Assembly: GCF_036321535.1 (NCBI RefSeq)
Contig: NC_087436.1
Location: 42,782,001-42,846,000, forward strand
Reading direction: 5' to 3'
Origin: Camelus dromedarius
Lineage: Eukaryota
Length of the DNA stretch: 64,000 nucleotides
Shown: positions 37,901 through 51,415 of the stretch, one piece after another
Layout: each line of letters opens with the position of its first letter
Numbering within the stretch: the first letter of the stretch is position 1
Notes under the pieces: model-generated
The model's database searches: none
The model's input: the letters and a program-made list of their open reading frames with translations, nothing else
Told to the model about the DNA's origin: nothing
Position numbers and translations under genes: made by a program

Positions 37901-38788
37901 TGACAGTAATGATGGTGAATTGCCTTAACACATTTGCGTTGTTGTGGATACAGAGCACTCTGTACTAAGGAGTATCTCGTGTTGTATATCCCGAGACAAT
38001 CATGAATTTTAATTACTCTGTACTGATAATAACAATTTCTTTAGTGCCATAAAATATTCTTAGTGTTTAAGGGTTTTGAGTCTCAGAGCATTCACAAACA
38101 ATCTCTTTTATATTTTCCTGTGTGATTTATTACCAGTATCAATGGAGAAGTATTCAGAGAGAGAAACTGGCCCAAGACTATAGGGAAACTAATATCATAC
38201 ACAGAATTGCAGTTAATGAATTTCATTCCTAGGGTAGCTTAGTACAATACACAGTGTACAGTGAAATCAGTGAATGTGTATTGAATAAATAAACTCAAAT
38301 TAAAGCCTGCCTAGGACAGATCTGAAAGTTTGTTCAACATTAGACATTTTAAAGTGGAAAAGAGGTCTGACCATCATCAGACATGGCAGAAGGATAAGGC
38401 AGTTGCTGGGAAATGCCTAATAATGTGGAAATCATTCAGTAGACATTTTGAAAAGTACAACTGTGGTTATTTTTTAAATGAACATAATATAGTAATATTT
38501 CCAATTAATTTATTGCCTCGGTTTTAACAAGGTAATAATTCTTTGGAGAATTATATAAGACCATTGAATAGCACAGGCAGAGATCTGCCCAGGAGAACCT
38601 TCATTCCCACAACTGGGAGCTCACTTTTCTTTGTCTCATACATCACTCTTTACTGATCCCAGCAGCTAAGGAATGAATGCCTCAGTCCTGAAGAGAGGTA
38701 CCACAGTATTTGTCACACCACGGGAAAGTACTCCATAGTAGTGGTTCAGCCTATTGTTCAAAACAGTTTACATTTATGTTTTTAAATA

Positions 38789-39019
38789 CAGTTGGCCCTT
38801 GAACAAGGTAGGGGGGTTAGAGTGGCGACCCTCTGTGTACAGTCAAAAATCCGAGTGTAACCGACAGTTGTCCCTCAGTATCTGCAGTTCCTCCATATCC
38901 ATGGTTCTGCATCCATGGATTCAACCAGCTGTGGATCCTGTAGGACTGTAGTATTTACTATTGAAAAAAAAAATCTGCATGTAAGTGGATTCAAACTCCT
39001 GTTATTCAGGAGTCAACTG
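38789..39019 (+). mobile_element. MER8 (TcMar-Tigger MITE), full length
   Basis: TA|cagttggcccttgaac...ttcaggagtcaactg|TA shows TIRs and a TA TSD; internal ccatggattcaacc and gtagtatttactattgaaaaaa. Confidence 0.9.
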
Positions 39020-39399
39020 TACTTGGTAAAAATTGAGGTAAGAACAGACCCAGTTGCACAGACACATGTAAAATTATGTGTGTGCATAAAATTCTCTCCT
39101 TGACATATATGTGTATTCTTGTGAGTTTTGAGGACAGAACTTGGAATGCAGGGAATTCAGCAGCAAATAGCTTTGTTTTGGTTCAAGGTGAGGCGGAAGG
39201 AGGATAGGAAAAGTGGGAGGAATGGAGGAAGAGTCTCCTGTCTTCTCCCCACTCTTCTTCTCTTTTGTTCTGCTTTATTCCTTTAACTCTTTTTTTTTTT
39301 TTTTCCCAAACATACTCATCCTGGTCTTTGTATGTTAACCTGTTTTTGCTCTGTTTTCCTCCATGGTCACTTTTTGGTATAGGACCAAAAGGGACTGAA

Positions 39400-39750
39400 A
39401 GAGATAGGGTTATAAATCCAGACAAGAAGCAGTGATGATGTGGCGTAGGGCAGTGGAAGTTGGGAGGCAAAGATGAGATGAATGGAGATGAATCTGACAT
39501 TACAGGGTCGGAGAGTTGATGATTGTGTGACTGAATACACAGATGAAGGAAAGCAAGGAGCGGAGAGGATAAAGCAAGTTCAGGCAGCAGGAACCAGAAG
39601 AAGATGGGTTCCAGTCTGTGAAGGATGTCTCTGAAGCACCTCATAGGACAGCCCTAGGAAGATGGACCCCTGGCATCTAGAGATGTTTGGAAATCAGGAT
39701 GGAGGTCATGCTAGAGACATGAATTTTAGAAACGTCTACATGGATAAGAA
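39400..39750 (-). mobile_element. Degraded L2 fragment
   Basis: Purine-rich; agtgatgatgtggcgtagggcagtgg...gaggtcatgctagagacatgaattttaga. Confidence 0.55.
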
Positions 39751-41514
39751 TTTTTTAAATAGATGGGTTACTGTGCTATTTCTGATGTTAAGTGCATGTA
39801 TCAGAAACCATGTCATTTAACTGGCAAATGATGGAAGGATATTTTATTTTCAAATACTTAAAGACTGGGCATGGTTAGAAAGAAGAATGCCTCCTCCCTC
39901 ACTCAGGGCATCTAAGCTCTTTTGAATATGGTTATTTTCAGGATGAAGTTCTGGGAACAAACAGACCTCCTGAAGGGCACAGGTTTGGCAGATACATAAC
40001 GTAAAGGAGAAATCCACTTAGTTTGCCTCATGCTGCTTTTGGATGGCAAGATTCTTGGACCTCTTTGCAATAGACATAGTTTTGATAGCTAATGTTGGAC
40101 TGAAGAATCTTCTGGAAGGCTTGTTAGCAACTAAAGAAAAAAGTCATTACTTAGTAATTAAGAAATTGTTTTTCCTTTGCTGAGCCTGATCTACCTAATA
40201 GTGGTTTCGTTTGATAAGGTGTGAATGTCTATTTAATTGAAAGAACTTTTTTTTTCTGTGCGTATGTATGTTTCAATTTTTAAATGTAGGTGTTATTCTG
40301 TCATAGTGCTTTAGCAGTTTCAATTTGCATATTATTTTGTAACAAAGAATTATCTGAAAATTACAATGTTTATGTGAGATTCTCTGTGATGATTGAACCA
40401 AGAAAGGATGTAGGGAACAGGCAGAGTGCCTGATGATTTAATATTTCATGTTAAGAAGTAAAGGAAGAATAAAAATGCCTCATTTGTATTTGGCTGTCTT
40501 TATGTTACTGACAGGAACAGTCAGAAACTACCCATTTTCAGCTGGTGGGTGGATGTCTAAGGAATTCTTAAGTTTCTTATTTCTTATAAAGCATATGCCA
40601 GATAAAAAGCTTCAGATACTGAAGATCTCCTTGTTTAGCTGCAAGACAAACTCAGTGCCTACTTGTACAGACAGTTTTATTAGCCTCTGTCTGACATTGT
40701 TGTTAATCCTAAATGCCCATTGGACCATTTCAGTCCCTGGTGCTCCTGATAAAGAGGCTGACAGCTTTTTAGGCTATCTGTGTTTTCATCCCAGTTGCTT
40801 AAACCTTTTGAATTAGAGTTGATTGATGACCTGGCTTTCCCTTAAGAAGATGGTTTGTGACCACAGGCCACATAAAATGACATGTAAGGCCAGTTGATGT
40901 TTATTCAGTCAATAAATATTTAGACATGACCCATTTGTGTGGACATGGTACTGCTAGAGGTTTTGTTGCTGTTGATCACAGCTAAGCAGTGATTTGTAAC
41001 AGATTACCTGGGAACATATGCAATGGTTACTGCATGCTCTAAAATATGTTTTTCCTCCCCTTCAATAGCACATGTCTGAAAGTCTACCATGAGGACTGAT
41101 GAGCTTATTTCCCTCAAAGAGGGATGGGGGAAAAATAGGGAAGGATTGTTAATAATTTCCTGTGCTCAGTTTAGGAAAGGTCACAATAGATACAGATTCA
41201 AAGAAAAGGATACGAGGGCTCCTGGCTAGTTCCCAGGGCACTTTTGCAAACATTTTATTAGATACATAATCAATTTTTTTTCCTTTCTGGGAAACGTATC
41301 CATTACTCTTGGAGTTTTGTATTGTGAAACTATTATTTCAGCAATCTGGTATGTGGATATGTGCACACATGTGTTGAAAAGAAGAAAGGAGCTTAGTATG
41401 TTTGTGTTAGAACTTGTGGCATAAAATCTCACACTAACCAGGATTCATAAGAATGGTTCTCTTATTGATAAATCAGGGCTGAAAGCTTTTTTCTCAATGA
41501 TCACATTAAAAATA

Positions 41515-41564
41515 TATCTAGAGCATTATAAGATTTCAGGTATCTAGTGCATTATAAGACTTCA
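41515..41564. repeat. Tandem duplication, period 26
   Basis: tatctagagcattataagatttca vs tatctagtgcattataagacttca (2 mismatches). Confidence 0.9.
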
Positions 41565-43154
41565 CATATTTGGTTGTGGCCAAAATTTTTTGTAGATTTA
41601 ATTCTCCAAATTCTTAATTACCCTGTAAAGAAGTGGTTCCAGAAGTAAGTTTTGTACTTCCTTCTTAAACTTAAAGGTAAATGCACTGAAAGGGTAATAA
41701 AAATCCTTTTTTAAAGATTAGAGCTCTCCCACAAATGTGAGAATCATTACGGCATTTAGAAAAATAACTTAAGATTTTGTTAGCAAAAAAGGAGAAGTAA
41801 AATGTTCTCTTTAGTACCATAACTTATGGATTTTTTTTTTACAAAGAATTGAGAAGAGATAGAGACATACTACAAAGGTGTACCATAGAGAGTCTTTTCC
41901 TGTAGATACATTTCAATTATTTGAACTTTATTTGAAAATATTTGCATGAATTTTTCCCATTACTTTCAGGATAAAACTTTATTTAAATCTCAGTGTCAAA
42001 GATGTTGGTTAGAATCAAGTGCATTTTAGTGAGTTGGCATTCATTCATTATTCATTTATTTATCTTTTAATTGTATTTTTCATAGAAAATAATGGGGAAA
42101 TATTAATTAAATGTTTATCTCTTCTGCTTCCCAAAGATACCTATTATTTATTCAAATAAATGGATAGTTTTCATGGCTATATTGACATAAAATTAAAACG
42201 TCTTTACTCAACACTTTTTATAATATCCCTTATTTTTATTTATTTTCATAGTTTATAGATGTATTTTACTCTTCTCTTTAGGCTCATGAGTTTCCTTTTT
42301 TAAAATCTGACTAAGTTATGTGTAACTGCTAAAACGTTGTAAGGTGGCATCAGGGGCTCCTCCACGTGATAGTGGGCCCAGGAAATCCATGACAGGACCC
42401 CTCAAGATAGAGTGAGATGCCATTTGGACAAGCTGCTGCATTTGGAGAATCTCTCCTTTCATTGGTGTGCTCTCTCTGGGTGCCTTACTAAAGGCAGTCA
42501 CCAGAGTGAAGGGCTTTGCTCAGCCTCTTTGGTCCCGGGGGCCTGGCTGCCAGCTCTCTGCAGGTGTGTGCATGAGAGAGGAGGAAAAGCATGTCTGTCC
42601 TTTCAGGGAACCCACTGCCTCCAGTGGGATGGAGTGGGGCCACAGCTTGTATAGCTGCTGCAGCACATTATTTAAAACTGACCTCAAGACTTTGATCTGC
42701 TCAGTTTATTTTTAGAAGTAATGACAGTATAGCACTTTGAGGCCTGGATGTTATTTCTAGCCTGAAGAGAAATATTATTTTTCTGAGAAGTAGAATTTTG
42801 GGATTTTAAATGGATTTTTGGTAAAGATTTCTGAAGCTTTTCTGGTAAATGGGACTTTCTGGCCAAAAAGGAGAGATGGGGAGCAGTATGCTTCCCCTCT
42901 TCCTGCTGAAGTTTGTCTGGCTCTGAGACTGGAAGATTCTCAAGGAAGATGTGTAATCTTCCTTGTCCCTCATTCTAAGCGAGCCCCTAATATACAAAGA
43001 AGCATTCATTCTCTTCAGTTATCTACTTTCCAAGTTACTAAACTTTAAATTACATTTATACATACAATATCTGCTAGGTTTTCTATAGGGAGTATGTTTA
43101 TGTTTATAACTTGTGACCTGGCATATCTATCTGTTAGTTTGCCTAAGAGATTTG

Positions 43155-43172
43155 ACACACACACACACACAC
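43155..43172. repeat. (AC)9 microsatellite
   Basis: acacacacacacacacac. Confidence 0.9.
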
Positions 43173-43426
43173 TTATTTGTATCTCACTTGGAATGTATGA
43201 ATAGTAACTTGTTATATATATAAATAGTTTGGATTATGTGTTAATGTGTATGATACATGGTTACACTATTTGGATATCTATACAGAGAAATTTTTTTCAC
43301 AGATTTTAATTTTTGCAGATATAATTTTCATCAGTCTCCTAATTGAAATCCCTGCCTATAATCTTTCCTTTTTTGGTTCCATACTCCATAATATCATCAA
43401 CTTTATCTTTCTAAAATAACAATTTT

Positions 43427-43663
43427 AGCCAGCACTTTGGTACTGCTCACTATATGCCAGGCACTGTTCTGTTCTTATATATAAATCTCTCTACAACTGC
43501 ATGTAGTAGGTACTATTAATATCCTCATTTTTTAGAAGAAGAAACTGAGGCACAGAGAGATCAGGTGCCTGTCACAGGTCACAAACCTCATGAGTGGTGG
43601 AGCTAATATTTGAACTTGGGCAGTCTAACTCTAGAGTCTCTACATGTAACCACTATATTATAC
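43427..43663 (-). mobile_element. MIR, near full length
   Basis: ctatatgccaggcactgttct...gtaggtactatta...gaaactgaggcacagagag...atttgaacttgggcagtctaactctagagtc...taaccactat. Confidence 0.9.
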
Positions 43664-43748
43664 TTCCTTGCTAATGAAAACTTGTTATCTCACCCTTCTA
43701 ATTAAAATTCTCTGAAGCACAGTAAACTGTCTTTTTAGTACTGGATTA

Positions 43749-43973
43749 CAGCTGACCCTTGAATATGAACCTTGAACAGCGGGGTGGAGGGTGATTGGGA
43801 GGGCTGATCCTCTATGCAGTCGACAATCAGCATGTAAGTTACAGTCCTTCCTCCGTATCTGAGGCTCCTTCAACATCAGTGGATTCAACCAACGCCAAAT
43901 ATTTACTATTGAGAAAGATCAGCATATAAGTGGACCAATGCAGTTCAAATCTGTGTTGTTCAAGGGTCAGCTG
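43749..43973 (+). mobile_element. MER8 (TcMar-Tigger MITE), full length
   Basis: TA|cagctgacccttgaa...ttcaagggtcagctg|TA shows perfect 15-bp TIRs; homologous to the 38789-39019 copy. Confidence 0.9.
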
Positions 43974-44039
43974 TAACTTCTCAGCTCTTTATGACTCACC
44001 TCTGCTCACATTGGAGGGCTTTGTCCATAGTCAGACATG

Positions 44040-44420
44040 TGAAACTACTTGCTTTTCTCCAAACATTTCAGATGTTTTTGTCTGATTCTATAGGGTTATT
44101 TACGTTATGCTTTTTTTGGTCTAGAATCTGCTTCATCATTATCTAATTGGAAAACTCGTACTTATTCTTCGAAGCCCAGGTCAGACTTTATCTGTTTTAT
44201 GCGTTGTGGTAAAATTATTTTTTCTCTCATCTGTGTTCTGCAGTACATAATACATAACTCAGCGTTGGCAATTCCCACATTGTATGGTGCTATTTTTCTA
44301 TGTTTTTCTTCGTGAAGTCAGGGACCCGGTTTTCTCACCTTTGTATCTTCAGCCTGCCTAGCACAGAGCCTGATTCATAGTTGGTGCTCATGAAATAGTG
44401 TCAATATTTAATTGAATTAA
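44040..44420 (+). mobile_element. L2 3' end
   Basis: tgaagtcagggacc...ctttgtatcttcagc...cctagcacagagcctgattcatagttggtgctca. Confidence 0.8.
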
Positions 44421-46519
44421 ACATTGAATCAGTTTGCTTCCTAGATTAGCAAGAAGGTAGAGTTAACCTGAATCTGGTAGCAAACCTTTATTGAAAGGAA
44501 ACTGTATCACATGCTGGGTGTACCATGTCCCTACTGCTGATTTCATGTGACCATCTCTCAACCAGACTCACCCCTCAGGCGTGCTGCCATGTCCTGGGTA
44601 CTTCTCTGAGGGGCCCTGCCTGGTTTTCAGTCAGAGTTTCCTGTGCAATGGTGGAGGATTTCGAAATGCCTGAAACCAAACCATTACACCCACTTAAAAT
44701 AGTTTCTCTTGTCTGTGTATGATAAGAGGTGGGTGGGAAAAAATTAGTGCACATAGCCCATTTCTTCGAGTTGAGGTTGCCAAGTAAGTGTCATGCATGG
44801 GATAAAATAACCCATACAAGTTGTTTAAAATATTTTGCTCCTCATTTTTCTAGTCACTTGACTTTAGAAAGTCAGTTTCCAGATGTTGGATGAACATTGA
44901 CTAATTCCTCAGTACCTTCTTTTATTCTGTTTTCTTGATTATAGATCATCTGACTCAAGTGTATTTAGGGAAACTGGCAGATGATTGAACATGGTGAAAC
45001 TAAGAGCCTTTTATTTCTCTGAAGAAAGCGGTGAATTCAGTCAGGTTTATTACAATCATAGAGCACCATGTACTTTAGCTCTTTTTCGATCCAGCAAAAC
45101 TTTGATGACTCATTCTGACTTTAATTGAAGAATGTTTGAATTAAAACACTGACTTTAATAATAATAGTAGAGGAACACTTTTCTTGTGTTTACTGTACTA
45201 AATGCTAAGCTGATCTAATTTCTAATTTTAAATAAAATAAATGCCAAAATTAAAGGAGTTTGTATGATTTCAGCAAAAAAGAGAGTGAGAGAGATGGAGA
45301 TTACTTGAGGATTCTAAGTCCCTGGGTTGTGGTAGAGAAGGAAAAAGAGAAGAAAACAAGCATGATCTATTCATAATTGCACTATAACTTATTCAGTGTA
45401 GGGGTAGAAGTTGAAGTCTGAATGACTCTGAAATGAATTAAGGATTTAAATTTTAAAAATTTATAAATCATGAAAATATGTCTCATGAGGAATGATAATA
45501 CTCTGCAATTTAGAAAAATTAATGGAACTACTGTTTTTAATTGAATTTATAAATATCTGAGTGTACACTTTTCTCATATACCTTATTTTGTTTTTAAAGC
45601 AGTTTATATTTATTTAGAACTTATTAAAAGAAAACCTAATACAAAAACAGTATGTTCTTTTTCCTGTATCAAAACAGCTAAAACATTTAGCTTGGGTTCA
45701 GTGATGGAAGTTTCCATGTACATAATTTAATTTAATTCTTGCAGTTACCCTGAAAAGCATTCTCATCTTCCATCATGTAAGCACAGAAAAGGAAGCTCAC
45801 CAGTTGCCCCAGAAAATAAGGGTGGGATTCAGGCTAGGGGCCACTGTTCCTGCATCCCACACTTTTTTACTGGCTAGAGAATTTCAGTTTTGACTACAGA
45901 TACCTCTTGAGCTAGGGAAGCAAACATACCGAAATTACAAAACTAATCAAATAATAAATTGTTAAGTGGGAAAGGCTGTTTTTTATATTGTGTGACATTT
46001 GGTTTATTTTAAACATAAGTCATCTGAATTAAAGACTTATTCGTATTTCAATTGTCATTTAAATCTCAATAGGTGGTTTGATTAAATGGTGGGCTAACCA
46101 GGTATTAATCTATGATTTTTAACTCCTCAATATGATCACTTATATCTGTAGCTTGGGATGAACTAAGCATAAAATTTGAGGTCAGGTTTTGTTTCTCAGA
46201 ACAGTCTTGGAGTTTTCTGTGGCTAGTGAATGATCTGTTGGGACTGGCCATGTCACTTTCTTTGGACTGAAAATAGAATATACGGTTTATCTCATTTTTC
46301 ATTTTTAATATAGAAGTATCACATATGACAGATGGGAGGAAGGAGAAGAAAAAAAAATATAGCTTAAGCTTAAATTCAGCTAACAGTAAAACTGTTCGCC
46401 TCAGTAAATACTGTCAACAGGTAGCTGATACCTGGTCTTCTACTGGTACTTCCTTAATGTACTGAATGATTATAGGAAAATTACAGAAATTCCTTTTGTG
46501 TTTCATTTTTGCTGACTCT

Positions 46520-46650
46520 TAATTTAGAGTAATGCTCTTTGTGACCTACCTATTTCACAGGGAGATGGTGAAGATTAATTATACCATGCCGGCCAAGTGC
46601 CCAGCACTGCCCCAGAGAAAGGTGTTCCATAAATCAGTGCTAGCATTAGG
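46520..46650 (+). mobile_element. MIR 3' fragment
   Basis: cctatttcacagggagatggtgaagattaa...aagtgcccagcac. Confidence 0.6.
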
Positions 46651-48479
46651 AGGCCTCCATTCGTCTCAAGTCCCTGCGCAGTATGGTGCCATCCCCCTAT
46701 GTCCTACTGGGAGGTCACCTACATTCAGTTCAAGGACAGGTTTCCCCATGACACGGAGCACATTTTTTCTTCTAGTTCTGTGTTATCTGGCCAGTTTCCA
46801 CCTCTGTGGACCTCATCTGTAAAAGTAGCCGTCTGCAGCTCGATAATTCCTTAAGGGAACTTACACTGGAGTAGCTCTCATTTTGTCCTTTGGCTCCTCT
46901 TGTCTCACATAGCTTTCTTAAACCTATTAAATTTTTTTTTCTTTTTTTAAGCTCCTGTGCTATTAAAGGTCTGGCAGATGCTGGGGCAGGCCATTCAGAT
47001 GCCCCTCACGGGAAGGCCTCGCTGGATGGGGGTGGGGCAGGCCGTCAGCAGAGCCTGTGGCAGTCAGGGTCAGCCTCAGCTGCAGAGAGCTGGTCTCCCT
47101 GGTCCAGAGGGTCGTGGTGTTGTTGGACTTGCATTACAGTTCGGTGCCTCAATCTGCCTGATCTTCCTTCCTTCCCCTTTCTTGTATAAGTATTGATCTC
47201 TATAAATATCTTCTGCTTCTGTTTCCACGGAGCCTGGTTAGTGAGAAGCACTTAAACATTATCTGAAAACAACACTGGTACAAGGGAATTCTTCAAGCTG
47301 CAAATGAATAGACTTAATAAGCTTGTGTTATACTCTGTAATTTATTATTTTTGAAAATAGTATTTACAGATTAAAACAAAGCACATCCAAGAAGGAAAAG
47401 TTCAGTCACTATTGGGTTTGTGATAGAATTTTCATATAGGATAACTATATAAAATTTTTCACTGGGCATGAATGAAGCCTTTGACAGGTAAAGTTCTTAT
47501 TTCTATTGGTGGCATTTGCAGTAAGTTGTTTTTTAAATCACTGTTCTTTACCTCTAAATACATCTTCCTTACCCTTTTTGTGTAATTGACTATTAACAGT
47601 CTTTGCAAAGAAACAAACACCAAATATATCAGCTTTTCCCAGTATGCCTTAAAGATACATATTTTAAAGTGTTCTTTAGCTGATTTTCAAATACATCATT
47701 TTGAGTATGAGGCCTTCCTTTTCTTTCTTCCTTCTCTCTGTTTCCTGAATTCTTTCCTAAATGGTTTAGATATCATTATATTGGCCTTAAAAAAAAAATG
47801 AGTCTGACAGCTACTATGAAATTGATCTCATTGTAATGAATGTATGCTGAATGTTTCTAAGAAATTTGATTTTATATTGTAATGGAAGGTTGGTGTTTCC
47901 TTGCTTGTGCTTTAATTTCAGATTTGCATTTAGAGATTTGCCTTAATTTTTTTTTTCTATTTTGAAATGAGAGATGTCAAAACTCAATGTAAGTTTTTAA
48001 AATTTTGACTTCTCCCTCTCTGTGATTAAGGGGTATGTCTTAGTACCTCTCTGTGTTTTTAACAGACGGTTGTTGATTTGTTAACTTAGAGCAGAAAAGC
48101 AGAGACTGGGAAATATATGACTAGTCTGTATGGCAGACATCTAGAGAAGAGTTAAAAGAAGAGGAGCTGGGGAGAAGCAAGCATTTAAAAAAGAATAGCG
48201 TGTATCAGAATGGCGTGTTTGTGCATGTGTAGTAAATGTAAGTTGCTTTTGGTTTTATCCACTATTTATTTATGTTGTGGTGAGAAAGTAAATTATATCA
48301 GTTACACCAAGCCCTTGAAAGTTTAATTAGCTCTTTAGCATTAACAAATTTTTATACTTCCTTATTTGTTTTTTAATCTGCCATTCATCTATTTTAACAA
48401 ATTTTCAGCTCTTAATGATATTGCTAACACCACACCCCAGAGCAGTATTACGTGAATGGAATGTGTTCCAGGGATGAAA

Positions 48480-48758
48480 TAAAACCAAAGCACAGTGCAT
48501 ACTGTATTATCCCTTTTCTGTGAAGTACAGAAACACACTAAATCTATGTGATTCGAAGTCAGGATAGTGGTTACTCTGGCCTGGGAGGTGGGGTCTGGGA
48601 GTGTGACAGGCTTCCAGGTGTTGATAATCTAGGTGCTGGTTTCTTGATCTAGGTGCTGGTTGCATGAGTGTGTTCATTCTGGGAAACATCATTGCACAAT
48701 ATACTTAGGGTTTATGTCATTTTCTGTTTGTATTTTCTACTTGAATAAATTTTTAAAA
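48480..48758 (+). mobile_element. L1ME-class 3' terminus with AATAAA
   Basis: aagtcaggatagtggttac...tttcttgatctaggtgctggttgcatgagtgtgttca...aataaatttttaaaa; internal 15-bp duplication atctaggtgctggtt. Confidence 0.8.
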
Positions 48759-49566
48759 GTATCATGATAGAGAAATACCTTTGGGCTCCATGTACTTTGC
48801 CTCCACCTAGACCTTTAAGAATCCTGGAACAAAAAACAAACCCAAACCACAGACAAACAGGAAAGAATCCCAGAATTAAGTATAGATGGACTCTCAGAAA
48901 TGGAAAAGATCTTTGTCTAGCCCACTGATGTCACGAGGAGGATAGGTGGCTAAGAGGCCTTGCAGTCTTGCATGTGTCCTGTGGTACCGTGATTCTTCCT
49001 CTTACAGCCAGGGGAACTGGTGTTCAGTGAGGAGGAGGAAGTTGCCCAGGGTCCCACCAAAGCCTGCAGGAGAGCACTCTGATCCACCTGGTGCCTCTGC
49101 ATTAAAGCAGCTCCCTCACAGGACCCTTCTTTATTAAAAGGGGAATTTGCCTTAACATAGCGTACTTTGTAATGACAACTCAGACAAAAAGAGTTTCTTT
49201 TATTTAACCCTCAGGTAACCTGATTTTCAGCTGACCAGAACTATCAAATTATAAAAGATTCCATTTGTTTGAAATTTTACCACAGCTTTTAAAAATCTTT
49301 GCTTTCATGACAGTTGGTCTGTCAGTTAGCTCTTATTTGCATAGTAGTTTAAAAAAACCAGCTCTGGATGATCTTTGAAGCTTGAATCAAGATACTGCTA
49401 GATACTCTTGTATGCATATTTATCCTTATTTTCTACCTAACACTAGTAAGAGATCCCCTTTAGATTTGCATGTATTCTGCCACCATGGAAAGCCACTTTT
49501 TTCTCTGTATACATGGGGCTATTTTTATTTGAGTGATTACTCTCCTTAATTTAGGGCCTATAGTTC

Positions 49567-49623
49567 ATATATGTATATATATGTGTGTGTACATATACAT
49601 ATGTATGTCTATATATATATATA
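49567..49623. repeat. Compound (TA/TG/CA) microsatellite
   Basis: atatatgtatatatatgtgtgtgtacatatacatatgtatgtctatatatatatata. Confidence 0.9.
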
Positions 49624-49894
49624 GAATAATTAACTTGATTTTAGCTTTCTTATGATCTAATGAATCATCTCATCTTTCTCAATCCAGCAAGCACTGCATT
49701 TTCTAGAATCTAGGCTCAGTTCTCATCCAGGGTTTTCTTACTCAGATGGTTTTGTCTTGTCTGACTCTTATAGCAGCCTCTGGATTGACTGACCAGGTTA
49801 GCCTTGTACCTCTTGTGATATTTGTGATTTTTTATTTAGTTGTAACTGTGAAGTGGGAGTTTTTGCTATGTGTGAGCAGTAATAGGGGATTTCA

Positions 49895-50200
49895 GCATGT
49901 TAGAAATGGCTTCCTTGAAGAGAAATGCTTGTTTTAGAATATGGAGAGTAAGTAGATAGAAATCAACGAGAGGTGATGTGAGTATTTTGGCAGTAGGGGT
50001 AGCGTGCACAAAGGTTCTGAGCAGGAGAATCCACGGCACATTTGAGGAACTCAGAGAAGGCCAGCCAGTATGGCTGGAGTAGAGTGCATAGGGATGTGGA
50101 GGGAAGTAAATAATGGATTAGGGAAGTGGAGGAGTCAGTGCACTGGTGGTCCTGATGGTTTGAAAGCAGTTACCTGGGAAATGTTGAAGGAGCAGTTTGG
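49895..50200 (-). mobile_element. L2 fragment
   Basis: ggcttccttgaagag...gtgcacaaaggttctgag...tttgaggaactcagagaaggccag...tggctggagtagagtg. Confidence 0.75.
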
Positions 50201-51234
50201 AGAGTGAACAGTTCGTGGTTAATCAGGATCTTTAACTTTCTGATTCTGGGGGAGGATGATCACGTGTCAAGGAATGACTGCAGGATGGTGACTGAAATGG
50301 AGTGGAGGCGAAGGTCATTGGGTGGAGGTGGTCAAGGAACCATGTGTTTGTTGAAGTAGCCCTGCATGTTGGCAAGCTTTGGGGGAAGTAGAGACTGGCG
50401 TGATGCCAAGTCTTTAATAAATAAAGTAGACAGAATGGTTGGGGTAGAGGGAACCAATGGGGGGAGGAGGGAGAACCGCTTAAGCCAAATAAACATTTCA
50501 TGAGATTTGAATGGTTTGTGTGAAGAGAGAGCCTGGATTTTGAGTGATATTTCCCCAATATTTTCATTATATTTTGGCCAGTATATAGATATATCAAAAT
50601 CAGAGCTGAAGGAGTCTCTCCATCTGGGTTGCAAATTCCAAGACGACAGGAATTGTGTCTTAATCACACAGATCAAAAGAATTGCTGTATAGATCTTCTT
50701 GGCTTACCAAAAGACAAATGGCAGACATCAATGAATAAAAGCATAGTGATAAATTATGAATGAAGTAAACAACAGCTATTTTAGATGGTAGATTTCATGT
50801 TTTTTATTTTCATATAAGCCTACACATTTTATAAACTTCCATGGCTTCGTGTGACTCTGACTGTATTAACCTTTGCATGTACATTATTTACATAGCAGTC
50901 TCATGTTTTTTCTTTTGAAGTGAACTTTTTAATCAGAGTAATTCTCCTCTGATTCCATGAGAACTTGACCATTTATGCAGATATTTTCAGGAGCCAATTA
51001 GTCACATCGTTTTGACAGAGACTGCACAGAGGGGCATTCTCTGGGGTGACTGGGATATATTTTTCTGGAAGGGGTATTCCCTCTCCCCAGATTCTGGCTT
51101 GTAAGCTTTTATCATTCATGTTACCAGCCAGTCGCTACCAGTCTGTACCAAGCAATTGCTTGAGGAATTTAGACAGTTTACAAAAGTGTATAAACTCTGA
51201 TTTTTAAAGCCAAAAGGAATATGTTATATATATA

Positions 51235-51415
51235 CAAAGAAAAAGACTAGGAAGCCCTGCATCAAAATGTAAATAATGGTATATCCGAGTAGTGGAGTTT
51301 TAAATGATATTTCTTTTAGCTGAAATGTGTCATATGTGGGTATATATAAAACACATGTATGTATATATATTTTTCTAGTTGAAATTTATCATTTTTACAA
51401 TAGGATTTTTAAAAA
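51235..51415 (+). mobile_element. L1ME-class 3' fragment
   Basis: aaaagactaggaag...caaaatgtaaataatggt...atgatatttctttt. Confidence 0.5.

Noticed and set aside
39183..39644. Longest ORF (153 aa, - strand)
   Set aside because: It runs through an L2 remnant and a poly-T tract read as KKKK; no protein-like features.
40385..40435. C/D-box snoRNA-like TGATGA...CTGA
   Set aside because: Too short (about 47 nt) and no terminal stem.
42282..42411. Acceptor ttttactcttctctttag with a weak downstream donor
   Set aside because: No convincing donor or reading frame.
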